DNA from: an uncultured Enterocloster sp.
GTDB taxonomy: Bacteria; Bacillota; Clostridia; Lachnospirales; Lachnospiraceae
DNA length: 64,000 nt
Assembly (NCBI GenBank): GCA_944383785.1
Contig: CALWQV010000002.1
Coordinates: 25,721-89,720 of the forward strand
Direction: 5' to 3'
Within the stretch, counting starts at the first letter, position 1, and each line of letters opens with the position of its first letter. Shown piece after piece: positions 52,942-62,689 of the stretch. Both the position numbers and the translations under genes were made by a program. The notes under the pieces were generated by a model. It made no database searches. It worked only from the letters and a program-made list of their open reading frames with translations, and was not told where the DNA came from.

Positions 52942-53967
52942 CTACACAATCTTACGGATCCAGCCCTCGGGAGCCTCCACGGTTCCCATCTGGATTCCCG
53001 TCAGAGTGTCGTAAAGCTTCTGGGTCACAGGACCCATCTTCTCCATGCCGCTGGCAAAGCAGATCTCTTTGCCGTGATCCACAACCTTTCCCACCGGGGA
53101 AATCACCGCCGCAGTGCCGCAGACGCCGCACTCCACAAATTCCGGCAGCTCCGCCAGCTTTACAGGCCTCTCTTCCACCGTCAGCCCCAGATAATGCTCC
53201 GCCACATAGACCAGGGAACGTCTGGTGATGGAAGGCAGGATGGAATCAGACTTGGGGGTCACTACATGGCCTTCCTTCGTCACAAAGAGGAAGTTGGCCC
53301 CACCTGTTTCCTCCACATAGGTTCTGGTTCCTGGATCCAGGAACATGTTCTCGTCGAATCCCGCGCTGTGGGCCGTCACGGAAGCGTGGAGGCTCATGGC
53401 GTAGTTTAAGCCAGCCTTCACATGGCCGGTGCCATGGGGAGCCGCCCGGTCAAAATCGCTGACGCAGATGGTGATGGGCTTCGCGCCGCCCTTAAAATAG
53501 GGGCCTACGGGCGTTCCGAACAGGCGGAACTGATACTCGTGGGAGGGCTTTACGCCGATCACCGGTCCGGATGCAAACATGTAAGGGCGCAGATAGAAGG
53601 TAGCGCCGCTGCCGTAGGGGGGCACCCAGGCCATGTTCTCCCGGACTACCGCGTCAACCGCCTCCAGGAACCGCTCCTTGGGGAAGGGCGGCATCTCCAG
53701 ACGCTTGGCGGAGTCCATCATCCGCTCCGCGTTTAAATCCGGGCGGAAGGTAACAATGCTGCCGTCCTCGGTGGTGTAAGCCTTCAGGCCCTCAAAGCAC
53801 TCCTGGCAGTACTGTAAAATTCCCGCGCACTCATTAATCACCACATTGGAATCTGAGGTCATGCGTCCCTCACCCCAGGCGCCGTCCTTATAATCCGCTA
53901 CATAGCGCTTATCCGTCGGCATATAGCTAAAGCCAATATTGGCCCAATCCAGATTTTTCTTCTCCAT
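52942..53967 (-). CDS. ilvE: Branched-chain amino acid aminotransferase
   Basis: Class IV aminotransferase pattern (LDWANIGF.Y...., ECFEGLKAY, the VKAGLNYA Lys, GTAAVISPV). ATG at 53967 is 8 nt after GGAGG. Confidence 0.9.
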   Translation of the reverse strand: MEKKNLDWANIGFSYMPTDKRYVADYKDGAWGEGRMTSDSNVVINECAGILQYCQECFEGLKAYTTEDGSIVTFRPDLNAERMMDSAKRLEMPPFPKERFLEAVDAVVRENMAWVPPYGSGATFYLRPYMFASGPVIGVKPSHEYQFRLFGTPVGPYFKGGAKPITICVSDFDRAAPHGTGHVKAGLNYAMSLHASVTAHSAGFDENMFLDPGTRTYVEETGGANFLFVTKEGHVVTPKSDSILPSITRRSLVYVAEHYLGLTVEERPVKLAELPEFVECGVCGTAAVISPVGKVVDHGKEICFASGMEKMGPVTQKLYDTLTGIQMGTVEAPEGWIRKIV

Positions 53968-54008
53968 TGCTTGTTCCTCCATTCTCCAAAATGTAACGTT
54001 TGTCCCCC

Positions 54009-54037
54009 ATTATAAGCGCATTGTTACGTAAAATCAA
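54009..54037 (-). promoter_or_regulatory. Promoter of ilvE
   Basis: On the minus strand: TTGATT (54037-54032), 17-nt spacer, TATAAT (54014-54009). Confidence 0.55.
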
Positions 54038-54120
54038 TGGGAAAGGCGCAAATTAAGTATACAATTGAGGTATGGGAGGTATAACCGCTGTGGTTCACGG
54101 GGCGCTTACCGCGGCGGTTA

Positions 54121-56103
54121 TCAATTTAAATGCTTCTCCATCCAGTCCGAAATTTCCTGAAGCCGTTTTTCTCTGTGAAGCGGTTTTCCGCTGCGGCTTA
54201 ACTCATGATTTTCTCCCTTAAAGAGGCACATTCTGGTTTCAACGCCCCGGTCCGCAAGGGCCGTATACATCTGGATTCCCTCTGCCAGCCAGCAGCGGTA
54301 ATCTTCCTCGGAATGAATAAAGAGCGTAGGCGTCTTTACCTGATCGGCGTATTTCAAGGGCGAATGCCACCACATTTTTTCATAATTATCATAAATGTCG
54401 CCGTTTGTCTGATCCGGCCCGAAAATAATTCCGATATCGGAAGTCCCATAGAAAGAAATCCAGTTGGAAATGGATCTCTGGGAGGCGGCCGCCGCAAACC
54501 GGTCCGTATGTCCGATGATCCAGTTTGTCATAAATCCGCCGTAGGAGCCTCCCGCAACCCCCAGCCGCTTGGGATCGATCTGCGGATATTTCGAAAGAAC
54601 CTCATCCACGAATTTCATAATGTCTTCATAGTCGATGGTTCCATACTTGCCCCGAAGTTCTCCGAACTCATTGCCCCGTCCGTCGCTTCCTTCCGGATTG
54701 CAGAAAAATACAAAATAACCGGCCCCTGCCAAATACTGCATTTCATGGATGAATACCGGCGAATAGATGGTTTTGGGCCCTCCGTGAATCTCTAAGATTC
54801 CGGCATAGGACTTTGCGGGATCGTAATCCGCCGGTTTTAAAATCCATCCGTCCAGCTCTACCCCATGGCAGGAAAATGTGATGGCCTCCGGCTCTGCCAC
54901 ATAACGGCCTTCTAAAACCGCTTCATTGAATCTGCTTACCTGGCGCAGACTGCGGTCTTTCAGATCAAAGGCATAGATTTCCTGCAGCTTCATATCATAC
55001 ATGCCTGTCAGAATCACCTGGCCGCCTACAATGTCAAAATCGTCCACCGATCCTTCTTTTTCCAGCAGACACTGTACATGGCCTTCCGGATCCATCCGGT
55101 ACAGACCGGAAGTTCTTCTCGCGGTAGCGATAAAATAGAGATAACCGTCCGCCCCTTTTACAGACCTGGTTCCCCCATAACGGCAGTCGCTGTTTGTGCT
55201 GTTTCCCACATATAAGTCCAAATCCGCCAGTTCTTTTATGGTTCCGCTTTCTGGGCACACGGTATAGAAAACCGGATTTTCCGTATCACCATAGCGTTTT
55301 CCGGAAGATCCAATCAAAATAACGGTTTCACCCACTGCGGCCAGCTTGCACTCATGGTACTCCCGGTCGTCATTGATGCAGCGGTTTGTCCCATCCTCCA
55401 GGTCATATGTAAAGATCAAAACCCGGTCTGTGCGCTTTACGGTATAGTTCTCGCCCGCGTAAACAATCCGCTTTCCAGCTACCGCATAGCAGGAAACCTC
55501 AACCATCGGGGCGCTGACCGGCGTTAATATCCCGGTCGCCTCTTCAAACAGGAACAGACGGTTTCTCCTTTTATTGATGATCCCTCTGCCATTGTACCAG
55601 AAGGGCACTTCATCAAAAATTACATAATCCGCATTTTCTTTTCTGGATTTGGCTACCGCAGCCCGCTCCTCTTCGCTCATTTTATAATAGTCGGGAACTT
55701 CTGCATCGCAGCAGGCTTCCAGCAGATACCTGCCGTCAGAAAGCTTCTGAATCCCGCTTACCCTTACCGGAACTGAAAATGCCTTCTTCCCTTCTCCGCC
55801 GTGAATGCAAATACGGTTAAATACGGTAAGCTCCTCCGTCTCCATTCTCCTTTGGTCAGCATCGGATCTGGCATCCGCGAACAGAATCGTATCCCCATCA
55901 TCCCAGAGAAAGGCCCCCATTTTGTCGGAGGATGTGAGCTGCGCAAATCCTGCTTCCTGCTTTAGCCACAAATTCTGGTTATAGCCGTTTTTTTCGGGAT
56001 CTGCCTCAGTAACCACAACTGCGGCTTTTTTTCCATCCGGGGAGCAGGTCAGCCTGGAAAGGAAACGGTACTTAAAAAATTCATTTAACTTTAATGGAGT
56101 CAT
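54121..56103 (-). CDS. S9 family serine peptidase (prolyl oligopeptidase / acylaminoacyl peptidase type)
   Basis: Beta-propeller-length N-terminal region. GGSYGG nucleophile elbow and a C-terminal alpha/beta hydrolase domain containing the catalytic Asp and His. Confidence 0.88.
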   Translation of the reverse strand: MTPLKLNEFFKYRFLSRLTCSPDGKKAAVVVTEADPEKNGYNQNLWLKQEAGFAQLTSSDKMGAFLWDDGDTILFADARSDADQRRMETEELTVFNRICIHGGEGKKAFSVPVRVSGIQKLSDGRYLLEACCDAEVPDYYKMSEEERAAVAKSRKENADYVIFDEVPFWYNGRGIINKRRNRLFLFEEATGILTPVSAPMVEVSCYAVAGKRIVYAGENYTVKRTDRVLIFTYDLEDGTNRCINDDREYHECKLAAVGETVILIGSSGKRYGDTENPVFYTVCPESGTIKELADLDLYVGNSTNSDCRYGGTRSVKGADGYLYFIATARRTSGLYRMDPEGHVQCLLEKEGSVDDFDIVGGQVILTGMYDMKLQEIYAFDLKDRSLRQVSRFNEAVLEGRYVAEPEAITFSCHGVELDGWILKPADYDPAKSYAGILEIHGGPKTIYSPVFIHEMQYLAGAGYFVFFCNPEGSDGRGNEFGELRGKYGTIDYEDIMKFVDEVLSKYPQIDPKRLGVAGGSYGGFMTNWIIGHTDRFAAAASQRSISNWISFYGTSDIGIIFGPDQTNGDIYDNYEKMWWHSPLKYADQVKTPTLFIHSEEDYRCWLAEGIQMYTALADRGVETRMCLFKGENHELSRSGKPLHREKRLQEISDWMEKHLN

Positions 56104-57323
56104 AGGATCACTTTCCCGCCTTTCATCACAAAGCAGACCTTTGCCATATCTTCAATATGCTCCAGCGGATTTCCATCCAGGGCGATTATATCCGCGTATT
56201 TGCCTGCTGTAACAGAACCGATGTCATCCCACATCCGTACCAGATGAGCGCCGGTGCGGGTGGCGGCTGTTAATGCCTGAACCGGCGTCATGCCGGATTC
56301 ACACATATATTTAAACTCATCATGCTGTTTTCCATGAGGATTGCAGGGGGAACCGCTGTCCGTTCCGAATACAATGGGAACCCCGGCTTCTAAGCACTTC
56401 CGGAAGCTCTTTTCATGGTACTCTCCGGCTTTTTTGGCCTTTTCCATGGCGTGAGGCGGAATGCCTTCTTCCTCTCCCCGCTCTAACATACGCCGAAAAG
56501 CGATAATCGTAGGCGTCAGATAGGTGCCGTGCTCCACCATCAGCTCCACACACTCATCATCCATAATGGTTCCATGTTCGATGGAAGTCACTCCCGCCCT
56601 TACAGCTGTTTTAATGCCATTTGTGCCGTGGGCATGGGTGGAGGAAGTGACGCCGTACATTTCCGCCACCTGACACATAGCCCGCATCTCTTCAAAAGTA
56701 AGCTGCTGGGCCCCAATGGTCGTACCCATGGTGGTTACTCCCCCGGTAGACATGAATTTCACCACATCCGCGCCATACTTGATCACAAAGCGGGCGGCTT
56801 TCATGGCCTGGTCCGCCCCATCTACCACCATGCCGTCGATAATATCATGGACAGTCTGCAGATAGGGACTATAGTGGGAATCCGCGTGGCCGCCTGTGGA
56901 ACCGATGCAGGAACCGGAAGCCAAAAGTCTTGGCCCATCGTACATCCCACTGTTAAATGCTTTTTTCAGGGACACATCAATAAATCCCGGGGAACCCTGA
57001 TTGCGCAGTGTGGTAAATCCGGCACGAAGCTGTGCCTGGGCGTTTTTCAGCCCCATTAACAGGGCATCTCCCACCAGCTGGGTGGCTGTAATCCGGAATG
57101 TATCCGGCGCTCCAAATTCGCTGATGTGAACATGACAGTCGATCAGGCCCGGCATTACAAATTTATCGCTCAGGTCGATCACCTCGCAGCCCTCTTCCCG
57201 GAAAGAGGCGGCATCCAGGACTTCCTGGATGCGCTCTCCTTCGATCAGAACAACCTGATTCTCACCGACCGTGCCGTCTGTAGAATGAAACAATTTCCCG
57301 CATTTAATTGCTTTCTTCATCAA
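56100..57323 (-). CDS. Amidohydrolase family protein (metal-dependent dipeptidase/imidazolonepropionase-like)
   Basis: PGLIDCHVH motif, later HAHG and TDSG. Overlaps the next gene by 4 nt. Confidence 0.82.
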   Translation of the reverse strand: MMKKAIKCGKLFHSTDGTVGENQVVLIEGERIQEVLDAASFREEGCEVIDLSDKFVMPGLIDCHVHISEFGAPDTFRITATQLVGDALLMGLKNAQAQLRAGFTTLRNQGSPGFIDVSLKKAFNSGMYDGPRLLASGSCIGSTGGHADSHYSPYLQTVHDIIDGMVVDGADQAMKAARFVIKYGADVVKFMSTGGVTTMGTTIGAQQLTFEEMRAMCQVAEMYGVTSSTHAHGTNGIKTAVRAGVTSIEHGTIMDDECVELMVEHGTYLTPTIIAFRRMLERGEEEGIPPHAMEKAKKAGEYHEKSFRKCLEAGVPIVFGTDSGSPCNPHGKQHDEFKYMCESGMTPVQALTAATRTGAHLVRMWDDIGSVTAGKYADIIALDGNPLEHIEDMAKVCFVMKGGKVIL

Positions 57324-57344
57324 ATTGCTCCTTTCTGTCGTCCC

Positions 57345-59189
57345 TTATTCCTTGAGGGAATCCCGGTACTTCTGCAGATATTCCGCAGACTTCGCCAGAT
57401 CTGCCTTCCACACATTTCCGGTGGGAATCATGGTCAGCGTAGAGTGAGCCGGAGTAACGGTGTTTTCCTTAATCGCGATCAGATCATCCTGGTCGATGGC
57501 ATAACGTACCGCCTGACGCAGGTTAATATCATTCATCTTGCTGCCTTCCATCAGGTTAAAGAACAGGGTCGTTACAGAGGTAGACTCTCTCTCCAGAATG
57601 GTTACATTGGCAGCATCCTTTAAGGCGCCCCAGCTGCCTTCCGGCATACAATCGTCAATCTCGCCGCTTCTTAAAGCAGAGTAGGCGGTGCTCATATCAG
57701 ACATCATCTTAATGTTCATGTATCGGATGTTGGGAGCCCACTCCGTATCCGGCATAAATCCCGGGTTGCGCTCAAAGGCCATCTCATAATCATTCACATA
57801 CAGCATTGCGTAGGGGCCGCTGAACCAGCAGTTGTTGTTGAACTGCTCAGAACCCTGCTTCAGAGTATTCACGTCTCCGTACAGCACATCGGTGGAAGCG
57901 TCATAATTCTCCGCGTCAATGCCCTCGTTGATGCTAGATACCACATCCTTGGATACAATACCCAGAGTACTGATCGTTAAGAAGTTGATCAGCTGAGGAG
58001 TAGGAGTTTTGGTAGTAATCTTTACCACCTGGCATACGCCGTTTGCGTTGTCAACCTCGTCCCGGTTGTCGGTCAGGGCTGTAATGGGAGCCGGAGCCTC
58101 CTGGTTGAAGTAATCAAACACAGTCTGATCAGAACCGGAAACCTTAATATTCTTCAGCTCTTCCATATCTGTTAAGATGCCGATGGTATCCACGGAAGTC
58201 AGATTGGTATAGCCGCTGTTTAAAGGAATGGAGTTCTGGTCTTTAGCCCGCTCCAGAGTGTACACAACATCCTCCGCGCTTACCATCACTCCGGTATCCA
58301 CTGCTTTTCCATCCTCTACCTTAGAGAAATTCACATTGTCCCGCAGCATGAAATAGAAGGTGGAATTGCCTTCCCCAATGGCAAAGGCTCGGCTTAAGGA
58401 GTATTCCGGAACCACTTGATCGTTTTCATCACAAGCAGTCAGGGAAATATAGGAATTTGCCTTCATCCAGAAGGTGCTTCCCTCCTCTGTACGGATCGGG
58501 TCAAAGTTGGGCGGGTTCGTATCAAACTGAGCCGCCACATAGGGACGGGTTTCGCTTAAACTGTCGTCCTTATATTTGCTGAAGCCAAAGAACCTGGGGG
58601 TGCTTCCTCCGCAGAAAATCGACTCCGGATCCACCACCTCGTTGTTAACGGCCACAAACCGGGTCCTGTTGTAAAGGGGAACCGTCCAGCACATCTCATC
58701 AACCAAACGGTTTTCAATCTCCGTATACTTCTCAATCGCTTCATCGCCGGTCAGCTGGGCAGCCTCATCGATCATGGCGGACAGCTCATCATCCACGATG
58801 GGCCAGTCATTGTAAGACCCGTCGTTGTGGTACAGCTGTCTCACCGCATAGTCCGGCGCGCCGGCGTCTGTCAGCCAGTTCAAAATATTAATATCATAGT
58901 TTCCGCTCTGCTGTACGGCCAGAGAAGAGGCCCGGTCCGGCTGAATATTGACAGTTACCTCAAACCCCGCTTTGGTCAGCTGGTCGCGGATGGTATTCGC
59001 TTCCATTTCAAAATTAGGACGGCTTAAAATGGTCAGAGGAATCGGATCCTCCCCGGACTGGCTTGCCGCCGCCTCGCCTCCGGTGTTGCTTCCCGGCTTT
59101 GCCGCTCTCTGCCTATTTCCGCAGGCAGTGATAGACGACACAACCATTGCGGAACACAGAAACAGTGCCAACGCTCTTTTTGCTTTCAT
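57345..59189 (-). CDS. Peptide/nickel-type (family 5) ABC substrate-binding lipoprotein
   Basis: MKAKRALALFLCSAMVVSSITACGN lipobox. GGAGGAG RBS before the ATG at 59189 (the track ORF begins at 59243). Confidence 0.85.
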   Translation of the reverse strand: MKAKRALALFLCSAMVVSSITACGNRQRAAKPGSNTGGEAAASQSGEDPIPLTILSRPNFEMEANTIRDQLTKAGFEVTVNIQPDRASSLAVQQSGNYDINILNWLTDAGAPDYAVRQLYHNDGSYNDWPIVDDELSAMIDEAAQLTGDEAIEKYTEIENRLVDEMCWTVPLYNRTRFVAVNNEVVDPESIFCGGSTPRFFGFSKYKDDSLSETRPYVAAQFDTNPPNFDPIRTEEGSTFWMKANSYISLTACDENDQVVPEYSLSRAFAIGEGNSTFYFMLRDNVNFSKVEDGKAVDTGVMVSAEDVVYTLERAKDQNSIPLNSGYTNLTSVDTIGILTDMEELKNIKVSGSDQTVFDYFNQEAPAPITALTDNRDEVDNANGVCQVVKITTKTPTPQLINFLTISTLGIVSKDVVSSINEGIDAENYDASTDVLYGDVNTLKQGSEQFNNNCWFSGPYAMLYVNDYEMAFERNPGFMPDTEWAPNIRYMNIKMMSDMSTAYSALRSGEIDDCMPEGSWGALKDAANVTILERESTSVTTLFFNLMEGSKMNDINLRQAVRYAIDQDDLIAIKENTVTPAHSTLTMIPTGNVWKADLAKSAEYLQKYRDSLKE

Positions 59190-59205
59190 ATTAAATCTCC
59201 TCCTT

Positions 59206-60168
59206 TTAAAAATTTTCCATTTTTGAAATACGGTGACAGGCAACGAAATGCCCCGGCTCTACCTCCCGCATCACCGGATTTTCCGTCGAGCAGCAGGGCA
59301 TGGCGTAAGGACATCTGCTGCTGAATCTGCAGCCCTTTTTCGGATTCACCGGACTGCTCAGCTCGCCCTTTAAGATCTGGCGCTCACGCTTTGCATCCGG
59401 GTCCAGAGAAGGAATTGCCTGTAAAAGCGCCTGGGTATACGGATGCAGCGGATTCTTATAAATCTGCCGCTTCGGCGCCTTTTCAATCAGCTGCCCCAGG
59501 TACATGACTCCTACATCGGTGGAAATATGTTTTACCACGCTTAAATTATGAGAAATAAAAATGTAGGTCAGGTTCAGTTCTTTCTGCAGATCGATCATTA
59601 GATTCAAAATCTGCGCCTGAATGGACACATCCAGAGCCGATACCGGTTCATCACACACGATAAACCTGGGGTTTACCGCCAAGGCTCTGGCTATAACAAT
59701 ACGCTGTCGGCGTCCCCCGTCAAACTCATGAGGATAGGCGTTCTGCACGCGCGCGGAAAGTCCCACCATATCCATCAGTTCCTCTACCCGGGAACGGATT
59801 TCCGCCTCAGAGGAATAAATCTTATGGAGCCGCAAAGGCTCCTCGATGATCTGAGACACGGTAAAGCGGGGATTCAAGGATGCGTAAGGGTCCTGGAAAA
59901 TAATCTGCATATACTTTCTCAGAGAACGCATCTCCTGCTTATTCATGGCGGTGACATTCATGCCGTCAAAGAGCACCGTGCCGGAAGTAGGCTCATGGAG
60001 GCGGAGGATTGCCCGTCCCAGGGTGCTTTTTCCGCATCCGCTTTCCCCTACAATGCCCAGGGTCTCGCCCTCATTGATCGTAAAGCTTACGTCATCCACC
60101 GCGTGAAGATACCCTTTTGGCACCTGGAAATATTTTTTTAGGTTTCTGACTTCCAATAAGGTTCCCAT
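59206..60168 (-). CDS. Oligopeptide-type ABC ATP-binding protein (OppF type)
   Basis: [28 protein letters not shown]-terminal Cys motif. Confidence 0.9.
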   Translation of the reverse strand: MGTLLEVRNLKKYFQVPKGYLHAVDDVSFTINEGETLGIVGESGCGKSTLGRAILRLHEPTSGTVLFDGMNVTAMNKQEMRSLRKYMQIIFQDPYASLNPRFTVSQIIEEPLRLHKIYSSEAEIRSRVEELMDMVGLSARVQNAYPHEFDGGRRQRIVIARALAVNPRFIVCDEPVSALDVSIQAQILNLMIDLQKELNLTYIFISHNLSVVKHISTDVGVMYLGQLIEKAPKRQIYKNPLHPYTQALLQAIPSLDPDAKRERQILKGELSSPVNPKKGCRFSSRCPYAMPCCSTENPVMREVEPGHFVACHRISKMENF

Positions 60169-61151
60169 TACTGCCCACCTCCCTTAAACAAGTCGAAATG
60201 ACACCGGAATGCCTGCCCGGTTTCCGAGTCGAACCGCTCCGGCGGCAGCTCTTTTTTACAGATCTCAGAACAGTACTTGCACCGGGGATGGAATTTACAT
60301 CCTTCTGGCAAGGCGGCCGGGTTGGGGATGGAACCTTCGATGGGCGTCAGCCGTACATCATCGTCCTCCAGCCTGGGAATGGATTCAAAGAGGCCGCGGG
60401 TGTAGGGATGGCGGGGATTTTTATAAACCGTTCTTACCAGCCCGGATTCTGCGATCTCTCCCGCGTACATAATGCACACCTTATCACAGGTTTCCGCTAC
60501 TACCCCCAGATCATGGGTAATCAGAATCAGGGACATATTGGACTTTCCAATCAGCTCCCGCATCAGCTCCAGCACCTGGGCCTGGATGGTTACATCCAAC
60601 GCTGTTGTCGGTTCATCCGCAATCAGCAGTTCCGGGCTGCATAAAAGGGCCATAGCAATGATGATACGCTGCTTCATGCCGCCGGAAAGCTGGTGGGGAT
60701 AATCCTTAAACCGGTCCCTGCGGATTCCTACGGTTTCCATTAACTTTTTGCACTGTTCCTCCGCCTCTTTCCTGCTGGCTTTCGTGTGCTTCCTTACAAC
60801 CTCTACCATCTGTTTTCCAATAGGCATGGTGGGGTTTAAGGCCGTCATGGGATCCTGGAAAATCATGGAGATACCGTTTCCGCGGATTCTCTCATTTTCC
60901 TTTTCCGTATTTTCGATGATATTTTTTCCTTTAAAATAAATCTCCCCGCCTGTGATAATTCCCGGCGGATACGGCACCAGCTGCATAATGGACAGGGCCG
61001 TGGTGGTTTTTCCCGCTCCGGTTTCCCCTACAAGCCCCATGCTTTCGCCTTTTTCCAGGCTGAAGGAGACGCCGCTGACCGCCTTTACTTTGCGGTCTTC
61101 CGTCACATAATTTACATAAAGGTCTTTTACCTCAAGCAATTTTTCTGCCAC
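60168..61151 (-). CDS. Oligopeptide-type ABC ATP-binding protein (OppD type)
   Basis: [29 protein letters not shown]-terminal Cys motif. Confidence 0.9.
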   Translation of the reverse strand: MAEKLLEVKDLYVNYVTEDRKVKAVSGVSFSLEKGESMGLVGETGAGKTTTALSIMQLVPYPPGIITGGEIYFKGKNIIENTEKENERIRGNGISMIFQDPMTALNPTMPIGKQMVEVVRKHTKASRKEAEEQCKKLMETVGIRRDRFKDYPHQLSGGMKQRIIIAMALLCSPELLIADEPTTALDVTIQAQVLELMRELIGKSNMSLILITHDLGVVAETCDKVCIMYAGEIAESGLVRTVYKNPRHPYTRGLFESIPRLEDDDVRLTPIEGSIPNPAALPEGCKFHPRCKYCSEICKKELPPERFDSETGQAFRCHFDLFKGGGQ

Positions 61152-61164
61152 AATCCTTCCTCCC

Positions 61165-62673
61165 TTACTTCATCTTCGGATCCAGGGCATCCCGCAGTCC
61201 GTCTCCGAAAAAGTTAAATGCCAGCACGATCAGGATAATCGCGAGTCCTGGGAAAATCGCCATATAAGAGTGCTCTTCCAGGTAGGTGCTTCCCACCCGC
61301 AGCACATTGCCCCATTCCGGAATATGGGACGGAATACCAATTCCCAGATAGCTTAAGGTACTGGTGGAAATAACAGCGGTTCCGATCTCAAGGGTAGAAC
61401 GCACGATTACCGGCGCAAGGGAGTTTGGAATAATGTGTTTAAAAATAATGATCCGGTTGGTGGCCCCGCAGGCCCTTGCCGCCTCTACAAACTCCGAATT
61501 GGCAAGGCCAAGAACCGTTCCCCGTATCAGACGGGCATAGGCCGGGATTCCCGCTATGCTGACTGCCATGATCAGCGAAATGGTGCTCGCGCCAAAGGAT
61601 GCGATAATGGCGATGGCCAGCAAAATGGACGGGATCGCGTACAAAGTGTCAAGGGCACGCATGATCACATTGTCCACTGCCTTTCCATAGTATCCCGCAA
61701 TGGCTCCCATGGTTCCGCCTACCAGGAGGGGAATCACAATGGCCGCTATACCTACGCTCAAGGAAATGCGCGCACCGAACACGATTCTGGAAAAGATGCA
61801 GCGCCCAAAGTTATCTGTGCCGAAGGGATAGGCCAGGCACGGAGTTATAAACAGCGCATCATAGTTATTGTCCACGGATACCGCGTAATCAAAGGTCAGA
61901 TAACTGCAGATTGAAATGGAAATCAGGAAGCTGACAATAAACATGCCGATCACTGCCATGTAGTTGCGAAACAGGCGGCGCATAATGTCGATCCATTCAA
62001 TGGAAATTTCCTTATTTTTCTGGGTCAGACGCTTATACAAAGTGATCACAAGCACCAGGGCAAACAGATTTCCAGTCACGACCGTAAGCAAAAGCGGAAG
62101 CAGGATCCATTTCAGCTTTGGATTAATGTTATGGTCGTCCACATGCCTTACCAGCAGAACCGCCACAAATATATAGAAGATCTGCACAATGGACAGCAGG
62201 ATCATGCCCAGGTCAAAGTAATAGGGAATCAGCGGCTTAAAGGTGTTAAGAGCTGATACCAGCATAACCATGGCCAGATTGGCGATCATAAATACGGACA
62301 GCTGATATTCAATGCTTTTCTTCTTCGTAATCAGGTACATGCCCGCGATGGTGCCAAAGAAGTTTCCGGTCAGGACAAAAGCGATCATGGGAATACCCAT
62401 GCCTCTGGTTCCCCGGCTGAGCTCTCCTTTTTTCAGCACATCGTTTTTGATCTTCCGATACACGATATACATATAGAGAGACATAAGCAGATATAAACTG
62501 GCCGCAGTCATCATGCCTGTCTTCACTGTTTTGGTAATAAAATCATAACTGGCCAGCAGAAAAATCAATGTCAGGATCATGGTCGCGCCCATGGAGAAGG
62601 CGATGGTTTTATACTCGGTAAAACCGCCCAGCTTGATTTTATTCATTTTTTGCTGATATTCTGTTACCTTCAC
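61165..62673 (-). CDS. OppC-type ABC permease with an N-terminal extension of about 228 aa and six TM helices
   Basis: The canonical OppC body starts near IMRRLFRNYMAVIG. The preceding 228 aa or so contain six hydrophobic helices with an apparent 3+3 repeat (VLTGNFFGTIAG / VVTGNLFALVLV). Confidence 0.85.
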   Translation of the reverse strand: MKVTEYQQKMNKIKLGGFTEYKTIAFSMGATMILTLIFLLASYDFITKTVKTGMMTAASLYLLMSLYMYIVYRKIKNDVLKKGELSRGTRGMGIPMIAFVLTGNFFGTIAGMYLITKKKSIEYQLSVFMIANLAMVMLVSALNTFKPLIPYYFDLGMILLSIVQIFYIFVAVLLVRHVDDHNINPKLKWILLPLLLTVVTGNLFALVLVITLYKRLTQKNKEISIEWIDIMRRLFRNYMAVIGMFIVSFLISISICSYLTFDYAVSVDNNYDALFITPCLAYPFGTDNFGRCIFSRIVFGARISLSVGIAAIVIPLLVGGTMGAIAGYYGKAVDNVIMRALDTLYAIPSILLAIAIIASFGASTISLIMAVSIAGIPAYARLIRGTVLGLANSEFVEAARACGATNRIIIFKHIIPNSLAPVIVRSTLEIGTAVISTSTLSYLGIGIPSHIPEWGNVLRVGSTYLEEHSYMAIFPGLAIILIVLAFNFFGDGLRDALDPKMK

Positions 62674-62689
62674 TTTATGTCCCTCCTTC

